Positions 24,400 through 39,279 of a DNA stretch of 64,000 bases are shown here, in pieces (position 1 is the first letter of the stretch; each line of letters begins with the position of its first letter). The DNA is taken from positions 10,655,637-10,719,636 of the forward strand of contig OZ199838.1 in NCBI GenBank assembly GCA_964304625.1. The letters are read 5' to 3'. The notes beneath the pieces were generated by a model. It saw nothing but the letters and a program-made list of their open reading frames with translations, ran no database searches and was not told where the DNA came from. This DNA comes from Kudoa neothunni. Taxonomy: Eukaryota; Animalia; Cnidaria. The position numbers and the translations under genes were made by a program.

Positions 24400-25670
24400 A
24401 ATTGAGACTAACAGTTTAGATTTTTTCATCTTTCGTAGCAATGCACAAAAGTCTTATGATTTCAAATCAATTTGGAATTATCACGAAGCGTGTCGAAATT
24501 TCCGAATGGTTAAATTCTGGAAAAGACTTTGAAGTCGATGATATCCAATGCTGAGCCATCATTTATTTTTGTTATTCAAATTTTAGAAAATTTTAGTTTA
24601 ATTAAAATTAAACACCAGATGATTTACTTGACAATTTTTCTTATTTTGAACGGATGAATGGTCCTATGTAGAGCCAAAACTTCATCTAGGTATAGTCATT
24701 TAATCAAACATCGAACCAAAGGCTGTAACAATTACTTGAAATAAAAGGAATAGAAAATCAGATTCAAAAACAATTTCTGATGGATCCATTGATCAATAAT
24801 CGCATATTTTATGTTGAACTACAATTTAGTTAGATATCGATTTGATGGAGCTGTTGTTATGACAGATAAACATGATAGTATTTTGACCCAAATTTTTAGT
24901 ACGGATATTTATGTTATATGCTTAACGTTTATGTTCTATTCCAGTGTTTCCCAATCTTTTTCTATCACGCCCACTTTTTCTTGAAAAAAAAGTTCCGTAT
25001 CCCACCTTTTTCAAAAGTGATGATTTTTTTAACTTAAACTGTTTAAACATTGAAAACTTCCTATCACATCAAAATTTGGAAGAAATTAATATATACCTCT
25101 TTTCTCATTAAAAGTAAAATGTGTTCGATCAGATCTAATTTAATTTATTGATGGACCTTAAAAATTAACATCTTCAGTTCTTCATTCCCCCAAAAACACC
25201 GTCAAATGAAACTCGCAGTAATCCAACTTCCATTAGAAAGGACTTTCATTAATACGGGGCTCATAAACGTAGAATAAATAATATAAATATAAACTTAATC
25301 AATATTATATTAGTTTTGATCAAAAAGGGTTATACTATCCTAAATGAGACAAAAATAATATCAAACCATTCAGATTCTATTCGGGTGAAGGACACGCTAA
25401 ATATTATTATTAATTTTTATATAATTAGTCACTTCTTTTTGTTATTCATTATGTTAATCGTCGCTTATAAATAAGCGATATCTAAAATCGCGATATTAAT
25501 TTCAAAGTACGTCATACTGTCCAATCATCTCATTATTATCTGTGTCACACCGATGCTCAGGATCTTACACACCCCACCGGTGGGGCGAAGGCTCCACGTT
25601 GGAAACATTGTTCTGTTTGCTTGACATGGTTGCTGAAGAAACATTTTCTGTTTTCGCACATTTCATGAGT
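24400..25670 (+). pseudogene. Highly decayed hAT (ZMYM1/Tip100-like) transposase fragment split by a MITE
   Basis: FDGAVVMTDKHDSILTQI..YVIC at ~24840-24920 resembles YDGAxxMxGxxxGV..YxHC. Boundaries approximate. Confidence 0.4.
24942..25610. mobile_element. hAT-type MITE
   Basis: CAGTGTTTCCCAA / TTGGAAACATTG ends; degenerate 8-bp TSD TTCTATTC / TTCTGTTT. Confidence 0.7.
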
Positions 25671-26220
25671 GATGTTTTGAAAAAAAATCAAGACAATTTA
25701 AAAAAAGGAAATAAGATTATCATAAACCTTTTAAAAGTTCCATATATGTCTTTCTATTAGAAATAAAATGTCGCAAATGTATAAGCAGGGATACGGACAG
25801 ACAGACAAGATTTATATAGACGATTACAAAAGTAAATTTGCGAAAGCTAGCCACATTAATAACAATAATTATAAAATAACGCCCATTGTGAGGAAATTAT
25901 TAAAATATACACAATCGTATAAATGTAAAAAATTGCTAAAAATATTTTTAAACATAAAATACAGAGAAATAAAACAAATAAAAGTTAACATGGAACGAGC
26001 ATTTGATATAAATATTGACGGCATTGGAGGTCAAATTTCACTGCAGCTAGAGAAACGTGTTATCCCGCTGTTTATATCAATGATAATTCCCATAAAGTGA
26101 AAATGGGATCCTAAAATGATTCTTTATGCAAATTAAATGTATTAAGAGCTTTTCGGTTCGAATAAAACACGCATATAAAAAATACCATTTAAACAATAAC
26201 TATAATACAAAAATGAAGTT

Positions 26221-29200
26221 CTATTTCAGAAACTTTGGGTTGAAATCAAAGTTTTTGAGGGCGTTAGAGAAAACATTTCCGCCACTTGAGGTGTTATTAA
26301 TTCCGTCGGTGGTAGATGGTTTAGGGTGATTGCTCGGAGGTGATAACATGGACTTCATCATTCCAGAAGATGGAGCCTGAAGATTGTTTCTAAACACAAT
26401 CGCATCACTACCAAATTTGAAAGAATCAGTTTGATTTGAACCAGAAACTACGTTGACATTGAATTTCATGTTATTATTGTAAGCATCAAAATTAAGTAAG
26501 GAGCCAGTATTTTGATTCAAGGGAGTGGACATCATTGAACCACCACCACCACCACCACCACCACTTGTGTTGGTGAGCGAATTATGGAAACTATTGGGAG
26601 CGGCGGAAGTAGGTAATATGGGAGTTGGTGGTGGATTATGATGATGACTTAAAGCTCCAAGCCAGCGGTCATCATCATCCTCATTGTTGGCAGGGAACTT
26701 ATCATATGGAACAGGAAGCAAACCTCTACCACCAAGTGGGGCCGATTGATCTTTTCTAGTATAAAATATTGATGATGCATTGTTATTATTATTGGACAGA
26801 TTGAGGAACGTCGGAGGTCCACTAGCGAACGTATTTTGGCGGGGAAAATTGACGTTATTATTGGCAGTAGAATTTCCACCAGAAAACAAAAAATTCCCAA
26901 CCGCCGCAGTCGTATTTGTTGAAGAATTGTTGATAATGGTTGTGGGTTTTAATTGACCAAAAATATTCTGTGATGAGTTTTGTTGTTGATTATTGAAAAT
27001 ACTATTTTGGGTTGTGAGGATATTACCTCGAGAAGGAACAGAGTTGCCCCCTAAAGATGTCAACCTATTGCTTGTAACATCACTTTGGCAGACGAAGGAC
27101 GTCCCCATACTGTTAGGATCACATTTGTTGGTATCATTTTTCAAGTTTTTATAGAGAGAACTGAAACAACTGGACGCAGTTGCTGCGTTGCTTTTATACT
27201 TAGGATTGTAGGAAATCCATTTGTCGTAGCCGAAGGTCTTGTTTATATCATCAATAGAATTACCATTTTCTAAACATTCTGCAACTACTTCATCGCGTAA
27301 TCTCAGAGGTAAAAATAATGGTAATTCAGCGTCTTTGTCGATTTCAGTTAGATCCAAACAATCGGAAGAATCGGAGGAGATATGAGGATCGGAAATATCG
27401 CTCTTAGTCTCACTTTTTTCAACATCTGGTTCTTTTTGCTGAGTTGAATTTTCGCTAATTTTTTCATCATTAGATAATGACTGATCATTAATAGAAGTGG
27501 AAGGTGGCGTCACAGTAACAACGCTATCAGTTTTAGGTTCGATTTTAATTAAATTACGTTCAATGTTTTTAATATAATTTTCATAAGGCAATCCTAACAA
27601 CTTTAGCACACTAACAAAATGGTCTTCTTCACTACTATATTCCACCGTTTCAGGGTCATAGTTTATATCATTTTTTTGGCAATACTTTACAAGCTGTCTG
27701 CAATTTAAAATCTCATTGAGAATATTTTGAATAGTTTCAATATCATCCAGTTGTTGAACATGGCAATAATTAGGAATCAGTTTTTCAACCGAGTTTTTGT
27801 AAACACTGAACAAGGAAATATCAAAAATGGACTGACTAGATGGTTCATAATCATGATTAGCATCTTGTTCCAGTTCAAGCGTATGTTCAGATGTATTAAG
27901 AATAATGGTGTCCACATTTTGTAAAGCATTTAAAAAAGAATTCCACTCATTATTGATAGATGATTTATTTGTAGTATCAAAAGATGGTGGATTCGTTAGA
28001 AGTGGGTTATTTGAGAAAAAATCTTGACCAACGAATTTGTCAACGTTTTCAAAACAACTGTCACATTTAAATGGTGATTGTTTCAAGGTGGAGAGTGGCG
28101 CATCAGTATCAATGTGGAAATGGATAGGATCAATATCATACGTTATGCGACTATCTCCAATACCAGTGTGAAGGTCAATCATTTTAGGAAGAGATCGATC
28201 GGCTTGAGGTGTCGAAGAACAATAGTTGGCATTCTTTTTAACAACACTGTCAAGTTTCACTGAGCAGGTTGGTGATATGATTTTATCGGTGGAAGAAAAT
28301 TTATCAATGATAGGCCCATTTAGTTGTTTTTTTCTGTAAATAGATTCTACACTACGGAAGAAATTTTTTGGATGGGGATAGGGAGTATTATTAGTAAAAG
28401 AATTATGCGTAGTGGTGGTGAATTTGGAAGTTTGTTTTTGAGTCACCTTTAATTTTATGTGACTTTTGAATAGATTATCCAAGTTTAAATCAACGAAACG
28501 GTTGGTTTTTAAAGCCAACTGTTCAACTCTATTGATAAGCGATTCTCGGTTGGTCACGCAACGGTCTATCATGTTGTGTAAATGCTGTATGGTGTGACCT
28601 TCAAGCTTGTTCATGGCACATACCATATTTTTGCGTTTAGGTTGGAGTTTTTCATATGTCGTTTTGATTCGAGGCAAAAATGATTGCACTTTGTGTTCAA
28701 TCTGTATTATCTTATCCAGCAATCGCGTGTCGTGTGAGTGGAATGTGTTGTAGTTGTGAAACTCATCCAAATTAACCAGCGCAAGTCGTGCGCTACATAC
28801 GGATGAGAATTTTTTCAAAGAATCTACATAGGAATCATATTTTAGGAACGACTTTGTGTCGTTAACAAGGTTTCTTCTGTGAAGACTGCTCATTTCCAAT
28901 GATGAATTTACATTATTTTTCAACTCTTCAAACATTTCATCAATCGAACTACTCATTGATTCGTTTTCGCTAATCTTTAGTTTATTTAACCCGTCAATTA
29001 TATCTTTGAAGGTAGTTAATGGGTCCAAAATTTCGAGAATGTTAGCAAGCCGAACACAGTTTTTACTGTTGGAAAACAAAATATAATCGGGTATGTCAGG
29101 TGATGGGACCAACATAATATTTGACGATTGAAGTAGACGAGGTGTGAACGAAAACTCAACTGGTTTCCAATCTTTGAGGTCCACTAAAGCGGGTGGTGGT

Positions 29201-32200
29201 TCTTCAACCACTTCAACTTGTTTTCTCGATTCAATAACTACATCAATTTTATCTTCTAATGGCAGAGCGGAACTCAGCCCTTCTATGCCAAAAAGATCAG
29301 GAGGTTTCTCTATTTTAGGGGTTGCCGCTTCAAGTGGCACCACATCATCTAATTTCTCAGGTTCGCTCGTAGAAGAATACAAGGGTAAAACCATGTTGCT
29401 ATCGATAGGTTTACAGTCAGATAAATGGGTTATGGGTTTAGTGGAAGGATACGCAGACGAAAAATAACCGACGCAACTCAACATCAACACTCCATCACTA
29501 GTCAGCATAGCGACCAGATCGGAAAATGATTTTTTATCACCTTAGTTATTGTATAGTAAATAAGCAATCAAGTAACAATAAAGTGTACTTCCAATAAATG
29601 GGGCGAAATCTATTGTCATTGAGCAAACACCGATAACATTCGTTTGCGTGAAATCGGCAGCAACAGGACAGGTAAATTTTTCCTCGTCGTCCAACAAAAT
29701 TTGACTATACTGTAGTAGAAAAGGTTAATAAATTTCTGTTAAATCGTAGCAACGTAATAAAAATAATAATTTGGAAATTTTAAAAATCAGTAATAAAAAA
29801 ATTTACTTGATCATTTTCTTTATCTTTAACGATGATCTCGGCGTCAGGAGATAACGACATATACACAATTATCACAGATCTAAATGTACGATAAACGATG
29901 GAAAAAGGTGGACTTTGAATAAAATTACAGCTCAGTATCTAGTATGGTGGCCTTAAATAGAGGACAACCTTTTTTAGCCTCATCGCTCTCAAAATAAAAT
30001 AGATTTTGACAAATGTGAGCTTTTTTAAAATTTTCCGAATAGATCACACTGTATGGCAAACGACAATCATTATCGCTTGTTTCACATTCCATATAATGAA
30101 CTATGATACTCTCTTTGTTTAAACATTGAATACTCAATACTAGATATAACATCAGATAATGTATACAATGATGTAGAAAAAACCTTCGAGTGGATTCTCA
30201 CAAACTGAAGAAGGAAAATTTTGTGTTTTTATGATATTGGACTAAAGTCAACGTTATTAAACAATAAATTTTAGTTAACATTCTAAATATAAAGGAAACC
30301 CATTACCTAACGAAAACGGAGTGGGAAAAAATCATAAAAGAAATTAATAAATATCAAATTAATTAACAAAATTTCAAATATTTCATAAGATAATAAATCT
30401 AATAATTCCTTCAATTACTTAAAACATATAAAACCCACCACAGTAGATCCAACAAATAGTTTATTTTAATGAGGTAAAATAACAATTAAGAATTGTCTAG
30501 TGGCCGTACAAATTCGGTTTATTGTGTTTTTGAATTATTTATTATTCAAAGTGTGTATTTTTGGGTTTAATTCAACGTATAAAAGTTCACTTAACGTTCA
30601 CGTTGATAAAATTTTATTTTTATTTTAATGTAAAATAAAAACATTGTATTCATCTCTTGATAATAAAATTTAAAATCATTGTATACAAGTAAGTTATTTC
30701 TACATTACCACTAATGATAGAAACAATGGAGCTGTTACATCCCAAAATATCTGATAGTAGAAGAAAACGTGATTCTAATTCATGTCTGCGCGAAATGAAT
30801 ACTGATGGAATAGCACGAGCCTTATTAATATTATTGCTGAAAATAATTTCTTCAACATTGTAGATTGAAGAATTCGAATTAAATGGCGTGCATATTTTAT
30901 CCATATCAGATTCTAAAACCATTAAAACTGCAAACAAACGATGTGATGGAGTATTAAATCCAGCTCTTCAATACTACCAAATAAAATACTGTTGTAGTCT
31001 AGGTTGAAAAAATGTAAATTTTTCAAAAACTTAATATATGTATGAATATTTATAGCGATATTGTCTGTTATTTAAGAGAAAGCGATCTTCTGATCAAAGA
31101 AATTCAAATTCTTATTACAACGGATGCCCAATGTCTTTGAAATTATCAGTAAATACTGATGGAGAAAAGCTTTTGTTAAAATTCCTCAATCTTTCCTATA
31201 ACCATGATTCCTTGAATATTTCTTCAAAATTGTTATTAAATAAAAAAATAATTAATGATAAGGTTGAGTTTATTTCATAAATTTTAGAAGTTAATGGAAA
31301 TTCAAAGGTTATCCAAGATAAGTTGTTCGAGAAAAAGGGAGTTTATTTCTCTTAAAAAATTAACCAACATGAAATATTCAATGAAATCCCACTCAAAAAA
31401 TGTAGAATTTTTACAGAATCTAAAAAAACACGGCGCATGTATAGAAATATTGGAAAACGGAAAAGACTTAAAGGTTTATTTTTTCAAGATTAGAACATTA
31501 AAAAAATCCGTGAAACATACCCAGAAATTATTTTAATTGATGCTATTACAAACTACTAGATTTCAAAGCTCCTGTGTATTTTGTTGCAATTACAGACCCT
31601 AAGGGACCAAGTGAGATAGGGGCGACCGGAATACATGTAGAAGAAACCGAAAAAGTTTTCTTTTGGCTTATTAAACAAAAAACAAAACTTAATAATGGAA
31701 ACTAATACAAAGGTCTTTCTTACATATTAAGACATAGTTGATCGAAATGTCATAAAACAAAATTTTCTCACCGCAGATTTGAAAATGTTTTTATCACGTT
31801 CTAAAATATTTCAACTAATATTGTCAAAATTACACTTTAAATACAAACTCTAAATAAGCGAGTATATAAATAATCATAATTTGTTTGCGTTCAATTAAGT
31901 TATGAATTAAAAAATTATTAAATTTTTCATCATATACTACAGTTGGACGATTCTATATAGAGATCAACGTCAAAAAAAATCAACATTGCACATTCAGCGC
32001 TCTTTAAATTTAGAGTTAATGGGAATCAGTACAATGACTTGAATTCGCGTAAAAAAGATTATAACTATAAATAAAATTATTTTATCAATGGCTTTATTAC
32101 ATCATAAACTTATCACGAGTTAATTATACCAACAACTTCTTATTGTATTATGTGTAGAGTTAATAGATATCCTGATGAAAAAAAAGATATAAAAATAATT

Positions 32201-35200
32201 CATTCAAAATTAAAAATGAATCTATTAGTAAATAAGATCATTTATCGTGTTAAATTGCAAGAATAATAATATTTTACTTTCCATAAGTAAAGTCATTTAA
32301 CGCATATTCCTACAGACCAACATACTTCATTTTTTACATATTTATATATAATATACTATGGTATTTTGTTAAGGGATCGTAATTTGAAATAGATTACTTC
32401 AACAACAGTAGATCGATTTTTACGGGCCAATAGACACTGCCGACAATTAAACATATAAATTCACCAGACTTGTCTAATGCTAAATGATAAATAATGTATT
32501 GAAAAAATTCTCAGATAAGTAAGCATGGTGTCGAGTATGCAATGTATATAATAAGACTAATATTGTAAAAGAAAGGGAAACAAAATCAGATCTCACCAAA
32601 ATAATTTACACTGAATATTATTAAGCGTAAATATTTACGAATTCGCAATTAAACCGACGAAATATATACAAGGAAATATAATAAACGCTATTTAAAAATA
32701 ATTTATCATATCGCCGATAAATAAATCTAATGGTAATAGAATGGCCAGGTATTTTTGATGAAAAATTGATTATTTGCGTGTTTTAATGGATAATTTAGTA
32801 AGGTGGCAACAATCATTTCTTTTAAATGAGATCATAAGTTACAAATTGAGAACACACGAAATAAATAATTGTTTAATAAGTTGGTGATTTAACAATAACG
32901 ATTTTAATCGATTTAATACCATTATTTAGTAAATTTCTTCAAAAAATGAATGTTAAAAACCAATCATTAACAATGAAAAATTAAACACCGCGATATTAAA
33001 GGAATTAAACATTAATCAAGTATTAATGCTATAATTATAATATCAACATAATATTTATTGTAACAAAAACGTTTATTATTATTAGAAATTTATTTGTATG
33101 AAAAAAAACTAATATCAAACATTATATCTTTAGTTCTCTCAACTGTTTCAACCGAAACTAATCGAAAATATTGTAATTTACTATAAAAAATTAATATAAA
33201 TAGTGTAATTAACTTAAGATTTAAAATATATTAAATACTTTTTGAGAATTACAAATTATTTCATTGGAAAAATGGATTAAATTTTTAATTGAAAATTACA
33301 AGCATGAAGTTATTTTATCTTAAGCATAACAACAATTATTTTCTCAGTGTACTATTTACACGTGGCATCTAGAGATTGAAGTATATTTAGATAAGATCAA
33401 TATTTATACAAAGCATGGGCAATTTAACTCTATCATACAAAAATTAAGATTTATTCGAGATAAAAATTGAAAAATAACAATCCTAATTACAACAAGTTAA
33501 CAGCTCCTTGCTTTGATTTTGAGAAACTCAGTAAAGTCATAAAACTTCATATCTAAATATACGGGCAGAAATTATTAAATTTGTATTTAAATTATGATTT
33601 TTAATATAATTATATCACAGTTTGTTATAAGCACATAATAGGAAATTTTCTTCATGTTTAATTAATTACGTAATCAAAAAGAAACGTAATATTATTGAAT
33701 AAATGAATAATAAAATATATTGGTCTTTCAAAGTCTAATGTTTTTGGAGGAAAGTCATTCGATATTATTAATTAACGAATAAATAAATTCTACTGTATAA
33801 CACTTGAAATTATTTATAACTTTATCAAAGCAAACATATATTCTGATAATTTTCGATATAAGCATAATACGATTCAATAAAATATATGCGGATGATTTCA
33901 ACATCTTCATGTCGTTAAAGAGTAAATAATACGTATATTATTCAGGTATGCATATTATCAGTCGAGAAAATTACCATATTTTTGAGCGAATCTGCCACCT
34001 TTAGTTGGCCATCTTTTGTTCCAATATAGACGTTTTTGTTGATGGGATTAACACCTAAGTGTTAACGTTAATTTAACATCAAAAAATCAGCGTAGAGATA
34101 AAATGACAAGAAATAATACTAATTCCCCACGTATTTTAGTAAAAATATTTGTTTGGTAGTTGAAATCACTTTTATATTAAAAGCATTAAATTTATACGTA
34201 TATACAATTTAAGTTTATCAGAATGAAATCAAAAAAGCATGCTTATAATAAAGTATCAGAGGTATTCTCCAAAATTTTTCTAAATGTTCAATATTTCTTA
34301 GAATTTAAATTTAATACGTTTACACATACAATAATCGTTAAATACTTCGCCAAGCTGACATCTAATTTAAGTAATTCATAAGAAATCCTGTATGATAAAT
34401 CAATAAATAATAGCACAATAAATATTATTAGTCGATAAATAATTATATGTAGCTAAAGGAAGAGTTTAAAATTATAGCTTTAATCCAAAATATAGCAACT
34501 TGTACTACTCAAAGGGATCCAAAGCAAGACGGATGTCAAAGTTATTGGGATAACCAACAATATTTAGGCTATATCATGAAAGTAGAAACAGTCCTTTGGT
34601 CTGATAGCCAACAAACAAATTAAATAAATGCTTATAATCTTATTTTCTCAATAAGAGAATCAAGACCTGCTGATAGTGGATTGGCAGAAAATATGAAGAA
34701 AAGATGATTTTAACTTATAATATAGTTCACTAAATAATAAAAAATAAGATTCTAATACCCCTTAATAAGCTATCCTTCGATCATTTAAGTAGATACTATT
34801 ACTGGTATCCTGAATCCTACCTATGAATTTAATTAGCTCATTATACATTAAATTACGTCAAGTTGTTACCTAATTTTATGCAATTTAACCCTCTAAGGAT
34901 TTTGGGGTGAACTTCACCCAAAATCTTTGGAGGTATTTCGTCGTTTGATACCACAAAGGTTAAAAAATAATTCCATAAATAGAAAACTTAATTATTACGA
35001 TCAAAATAAAGTGTGATACATTAAAAACCGGAAACAAGCTCGAACGTTGGTGTGATAATAATATGCAAAATGATAAAGATATGGAACAACAAATTAATAA
35101 ATTATTCAAATATATGAGACATTTATATTCTGTCAATGAAATTAACAAAAAATATTCCATATAATTAGTTAATCTCATGTATATTGTGAAAACGCAAATT

Positions 35201-37271
35201 TTTTCAGTAATGTTCTAATATTCACGCTAGAAGTTTATTATTTTGTGAATAAAAAAAGATTAAAAATAATCAACAAATATTCATTTTTTGAAGATATCGT
35301 TTCTTAATATTATTATTTCTACATAAAATTACAAATACGCATGGCGTATTGTGTATTTTCATTAACTAAGGTTGATTCATTCCGACATAAACCTCCATCT
35401 ATTATTTGAAATATTATAATTTGAATAAACAATATGTTATTATTTTAAAATATGGTAAGTAAATTTAATACCGAAAGTCTATTATAAAGAAACTTAATTT
35501 ATTCGTATCTCTCGATATATGCGAGAAACAGTAATCGTTATCCCTCTCGAATAAAGAGGTTTCCTGTATATCAATGACTGCTCAATTGAGTTGTACATTT
35601 TAGCGCATAACTCAAAAACATTGCTTCGCTGTAAGGGATATAAATATCACCTCTGAACGAATATAAAAACAGTTTAGACTTGTTTTAATCTTGCAACGGC
35701 CGATCCCTATTAAACTATTCATTGGCTTAGGCTAGACTTGAACTTTTGTAAATTCTACTAACAATATTAAAAGATCACAATACGTCGATATGAACTCCAC
35801 ACACGATTTCTGTGTTTAATAAACGAACAAAGTGTCACGTATTGAAATACTTGTCGAAAAACATAATATAAATATTTGTACCATTTTTGTTTAATTGATT
35901 TCATTAAGTAAAACACACAAAAAGTTGTTTCATTATTATATTATTGTTTAAACTTTCTTAAGTGATTGTTAGTTATATTTTCAAATGAATTAAAATACAT
36001 ATATCTTCTTCGAGTCATTAGACAGCAAAACGTGTAATTTTTTAATTTAATTCTAAATGACAGAATGAATCAGCCAAATTTCAATTTATGCTCATTAATA
36101 AAATAATGGGAATTTAACAAATAACCGGAAAGATTTTCATTAGGATAACTTTTTGCTGTTTTTGTAGTCAAAATCAACAAAAGAAGTGAAACTAGCTCTG
36201 ATTTTTGAAATGAGTTGCGAGAGTAAAGTATGAGGAGAAACAATTGACAAAATTTTGCAAATAATCACACTTAAATAATTAACAACTTAATTTCGGTCAT
36301 TATTTATTTTACCTAAAGAGCCATAAAAAATTATTATTTGGATTAAAACGAATTATTCCCCATAATGGGAATATTAACTTGTAAAAACTTAAGATTCAAT
36401 TTTAACATTTGAAGAAAAAATAACAAATTACATATAGCACAAATATCATTCATTTCCAGAAACTGCCTCACAGCATACTTCTTCAATTGTTCGTTATAGA
36501 ATATTTCCAAAGACGTCATATTTTCAAAGACAGCAACCATTCTAAAATTGGGAGAATGGGGTTCTGTTTGTAATGATTCAAGGCATAATAGTGATATATT
36601 TTTGTTGTCATTCTGTGGTTCAACATCAGAAATAACTATCGAATCTACACTAGCCTCCTCAGCAACCTATGCGGGACGATTTTAGATAAAAATATAAAAC
36701 AATTTACCGCTGAAGATAACAATTTTTCCACATTATACACATAAAAAGTATTTATATTTTCGTTCGAAACATTTTTAACGGCATAAATTCCTAACTGAGA
36801 GTTGGTGTTATCAATAAAGATAGCATGAACATGGTAAGGTAGTTGTAGCACTCGTTTCTTTAAACTTTCCACTAATAAAGTCTCAAACTATCACAAACAT
36901 TAATGTAATCAGTTACCTTTTTCATTTATATTCAATTTAACCATTTCAGAAGCCTCAATAACATCGTTCAACGATAAAATCATTAAATCTAATCAATCAC
37001 ATTCAGCATACTGAAACTCGCATATTATTATATGTAATATAAGTTATACAGTTGTTTATTCCAACAAATAAATGTCCATATTTAGCACAGAAACATATAT
37101 AATTTGATGAGGACGAAGCATGAAGTTGTTCTTTGAATTCACTAAGCACAATTTGGCTTATTCCTTTAGGGATGAACAGCTATAACCCATCAAAAGCTAA
37201 ATAATTAATACAATAGACAGATCAACTTTGTTCTCGTCCAAAGGAAGAACATCGTATTGTAATAACGCCAT
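26221..37271 (-). CDS. NUP214: Nucleoporin NUP214-like, multi-exon with a ~3.3-kb last exon
   Basis: Propeller exons NYICFCAKYGHLFVG (~37050-37180), CVNPINKNVYIGTKDG (~33976-34055), VLSIQCLNKESIIVHY, LDDEEKFTCPV, AMLTSDGVL are collinear with Nup214 AVSNKYGLVFAG, CWSPKGKQLAVGKQNG, VLDVLWI, LEDSSRAELPV, LLSTDGVL; central helical region; N/S/G/F-rich tail. Start tentative. Confidence 0.78.
30490..32441 (+). mobile_element. Mutator/MULE element (decayed), in NUP214 intron
   Basis: Right end GGGCCAATAGACACTGCC, degenerate left end; 9-bp TSD AACAATTAA/GACAATTAA; fragments DSKTIKTANKRC..LQYYQIKYCC, GCPMSLKL, YPEIILIDA, APVYFVAITDPKGPSEIGA. Confidence 0.85.
33380..33910 (+). pseudogene. Possible LINE reverse transcriptase remnant
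   Basis: IYADDF at ~33882 and FDFEK upstream; otherwise very decayed. Confidence 0.3.
34885..34926. mobile_element. Solitary piggyBac-like terminus
   Basis: TTAA-CCCTCTAA start as at 1228, followed by palindrome GATTTTGGGGTGAAC/TTCACCCAAAATC; partner end not found. Confidence 0.45.
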
Positions 37272-38192
37272 ATACAACAGGCGACCAACCAACCGTAACA
37301 ATTATCGCGGGTACGCTTGCGTACAACATCAATGAGATTGCGCTTGCGTCAAATAAAATAAACATCACCCTAACATAGCGCTTTTCAATAAATTTATTTT
37401 TTAAAAGATTAATATCGACAAAAAATATTTTCGTAAAAATTTTAGCGACTATGATTAATGGGTTTGACTTATATGTGTGTATTTGTAGCATTCTCCTTAA
37501 TAATGATGAATCACACATTTTTAACACATAAGTGATATGAATTCGACGATTATATCCATTAACTTAGTAGGGTTTTTATATTGATTAACTTTCAAAAATA
37601 GAATCTTCAACGAATTTCGCAAAACATAAAAAATAATGAATATATAAAAAATTTAATTTTTACTCTGTAAACTTTATAACAAAAGTAACATGTATCCTCG
37701 ATTTGACTTTAGAAAAATTAAAATATCAATAGTTTTTATGCATTTTATATGTCGTGTGCAACTATGGCTTATGCGGAATGATTATTTTTCATAATTATGA
37801 AAATTGTGGCTTATGCGTCGACAGATGGTTAAAAAATTCCAACTCTATCCCAAAAGTTGAAATTATAAAATATTTCCAAAAAGTAACGAATAAATCAAAC
37901 GGTAAATTTGAAAAAATGAAGATTTTTTATGTAGAATCAAGATCTGCCTTGAATGCTATTATAACTATATAGACTGGTTGTTTTAACATTATAACGGTTG
38001 CTTAATTCAAAAGTAATTAAAACTCTCAAAGGGGAAAAAATGGATTTTGATCTACAAATGGAAGAGTGCATTGTACTGATAAGAACATAAAAAATAGTAG
38101 ATTCTCAATATGTTTTTATTAATAAAGCTAATGAATTCCTCACGATGTTTCAAAATCAACACCTGTATTTATTAGTTGGTTTATCTACTATC

Positions 38193-38195
<3 letters not shown>

Positions 38196-38228
<33 letters not shown>
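38196..38228. repeat. (TA)n microsatellite
   Basis: About 16 TA units in the Helitron 5' region. Confidence 0.95.
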
Positions 38229-38231
<3 letters not shown>

Positions 38232-39279
38232 CGATGGCCAAACTTACCCAGATCGGGAGCCAACTTTAAGGTTGCCCAAGTTTTCATGAGCCACAAGACA
38301 TTAAAATCATTTATGTATCTCTTCCTTATTTAAATCTTATATATATATGGGAAATTTTTGTTAAATATTAAAATAAAATGTAGTAGAATTATAAATAATG
38401 AATTTATTTCTTATTCAGTGAATCGTTTAAAAACTTACATATAATTTTTATAGGTATAGTTTAGTTTATCATGGTTTTTCCAAAAAAGTAAATTAGTAGT
38501 TGATTATCCATGAAACTTGTCTCAATGAAAAAGGTCGAAAAAATAATAAAATATTGTTCATATTTAATCTTGTATGATAGTTTGATAAAAAATAAAATAA
38601 AATTATTACGAATAAAGTAATAGCACAAGATTTTAATGCTTTTGAAAAAAATTTTTAGATATTGTTTCTAATGTTACAAGTTTTTTATGTTTTCGCATTA
38701 TGAGTGAGTTGACGGCAATCCGGTTCGTATGCTGTTAACGCTGTACGAATTAGTTTCGTCAGGTGCTTATTTGTGAGGAAGGGATCCGCAATGCTTCTGC
38801 TTTACAAATTTCATCGTTGAATAAATAAACTCACAACAATAAATTGTTCCGAAGACAGAAACAGGTTTGAGGCAGATTTCTTTTAATTTTTAATAACTAG
38901 TTTCTAGAATGTATTTCCACAATTCGCTTGGTGAGTTGGAATAATGAATCATGTTTAAAGTTTCAATGAATATTCTCTTCTGCCGATATCTATCACTTTG
39001 GTAATAGATAAACACCAGTTCTAATCGTATTTCCTAATGAAACTAGTAATAATTCTAAGTTGCATCAAATGTTAAAACTATATGGTAGTTTGTAACTATG
39101 TTTTCTAATCAAAAATATTTTCTAGTTTATGATTCAAGATTTCATTTCCTCATTTGATTAAATAGTTTAAACTTTGTATTTTTCTAAATTAATGTGTTGG
39201 TTAAATAAAAAAAATTCAACGAAAAAATTTGTTTTCAAGAGCCACCTGTGGCTCGCGAGCCATGGTTTGGCTATCCCTA
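38229..39279 (-). mobile_element. hAT (Buster-type) deletion derivative inside the Helitron
   Basis: TIRs CAGCGATGGCCAAAC / GTTTGGCTATCCCTA; TSD ATATATAT/ATGTATAT; minus-strand SVFGTIYCCEFIYSTMKFVK..LTNKHL..LIRTALTAYEPD. Confidence 0.85.

Noticed and set aside
30650-30937. Minus-strand 95-aa ORF as a NUP214 exon
   Set aside because: Lies within the MULE, whose coding remnants are on the plus strand; NUP214 exons join without it.
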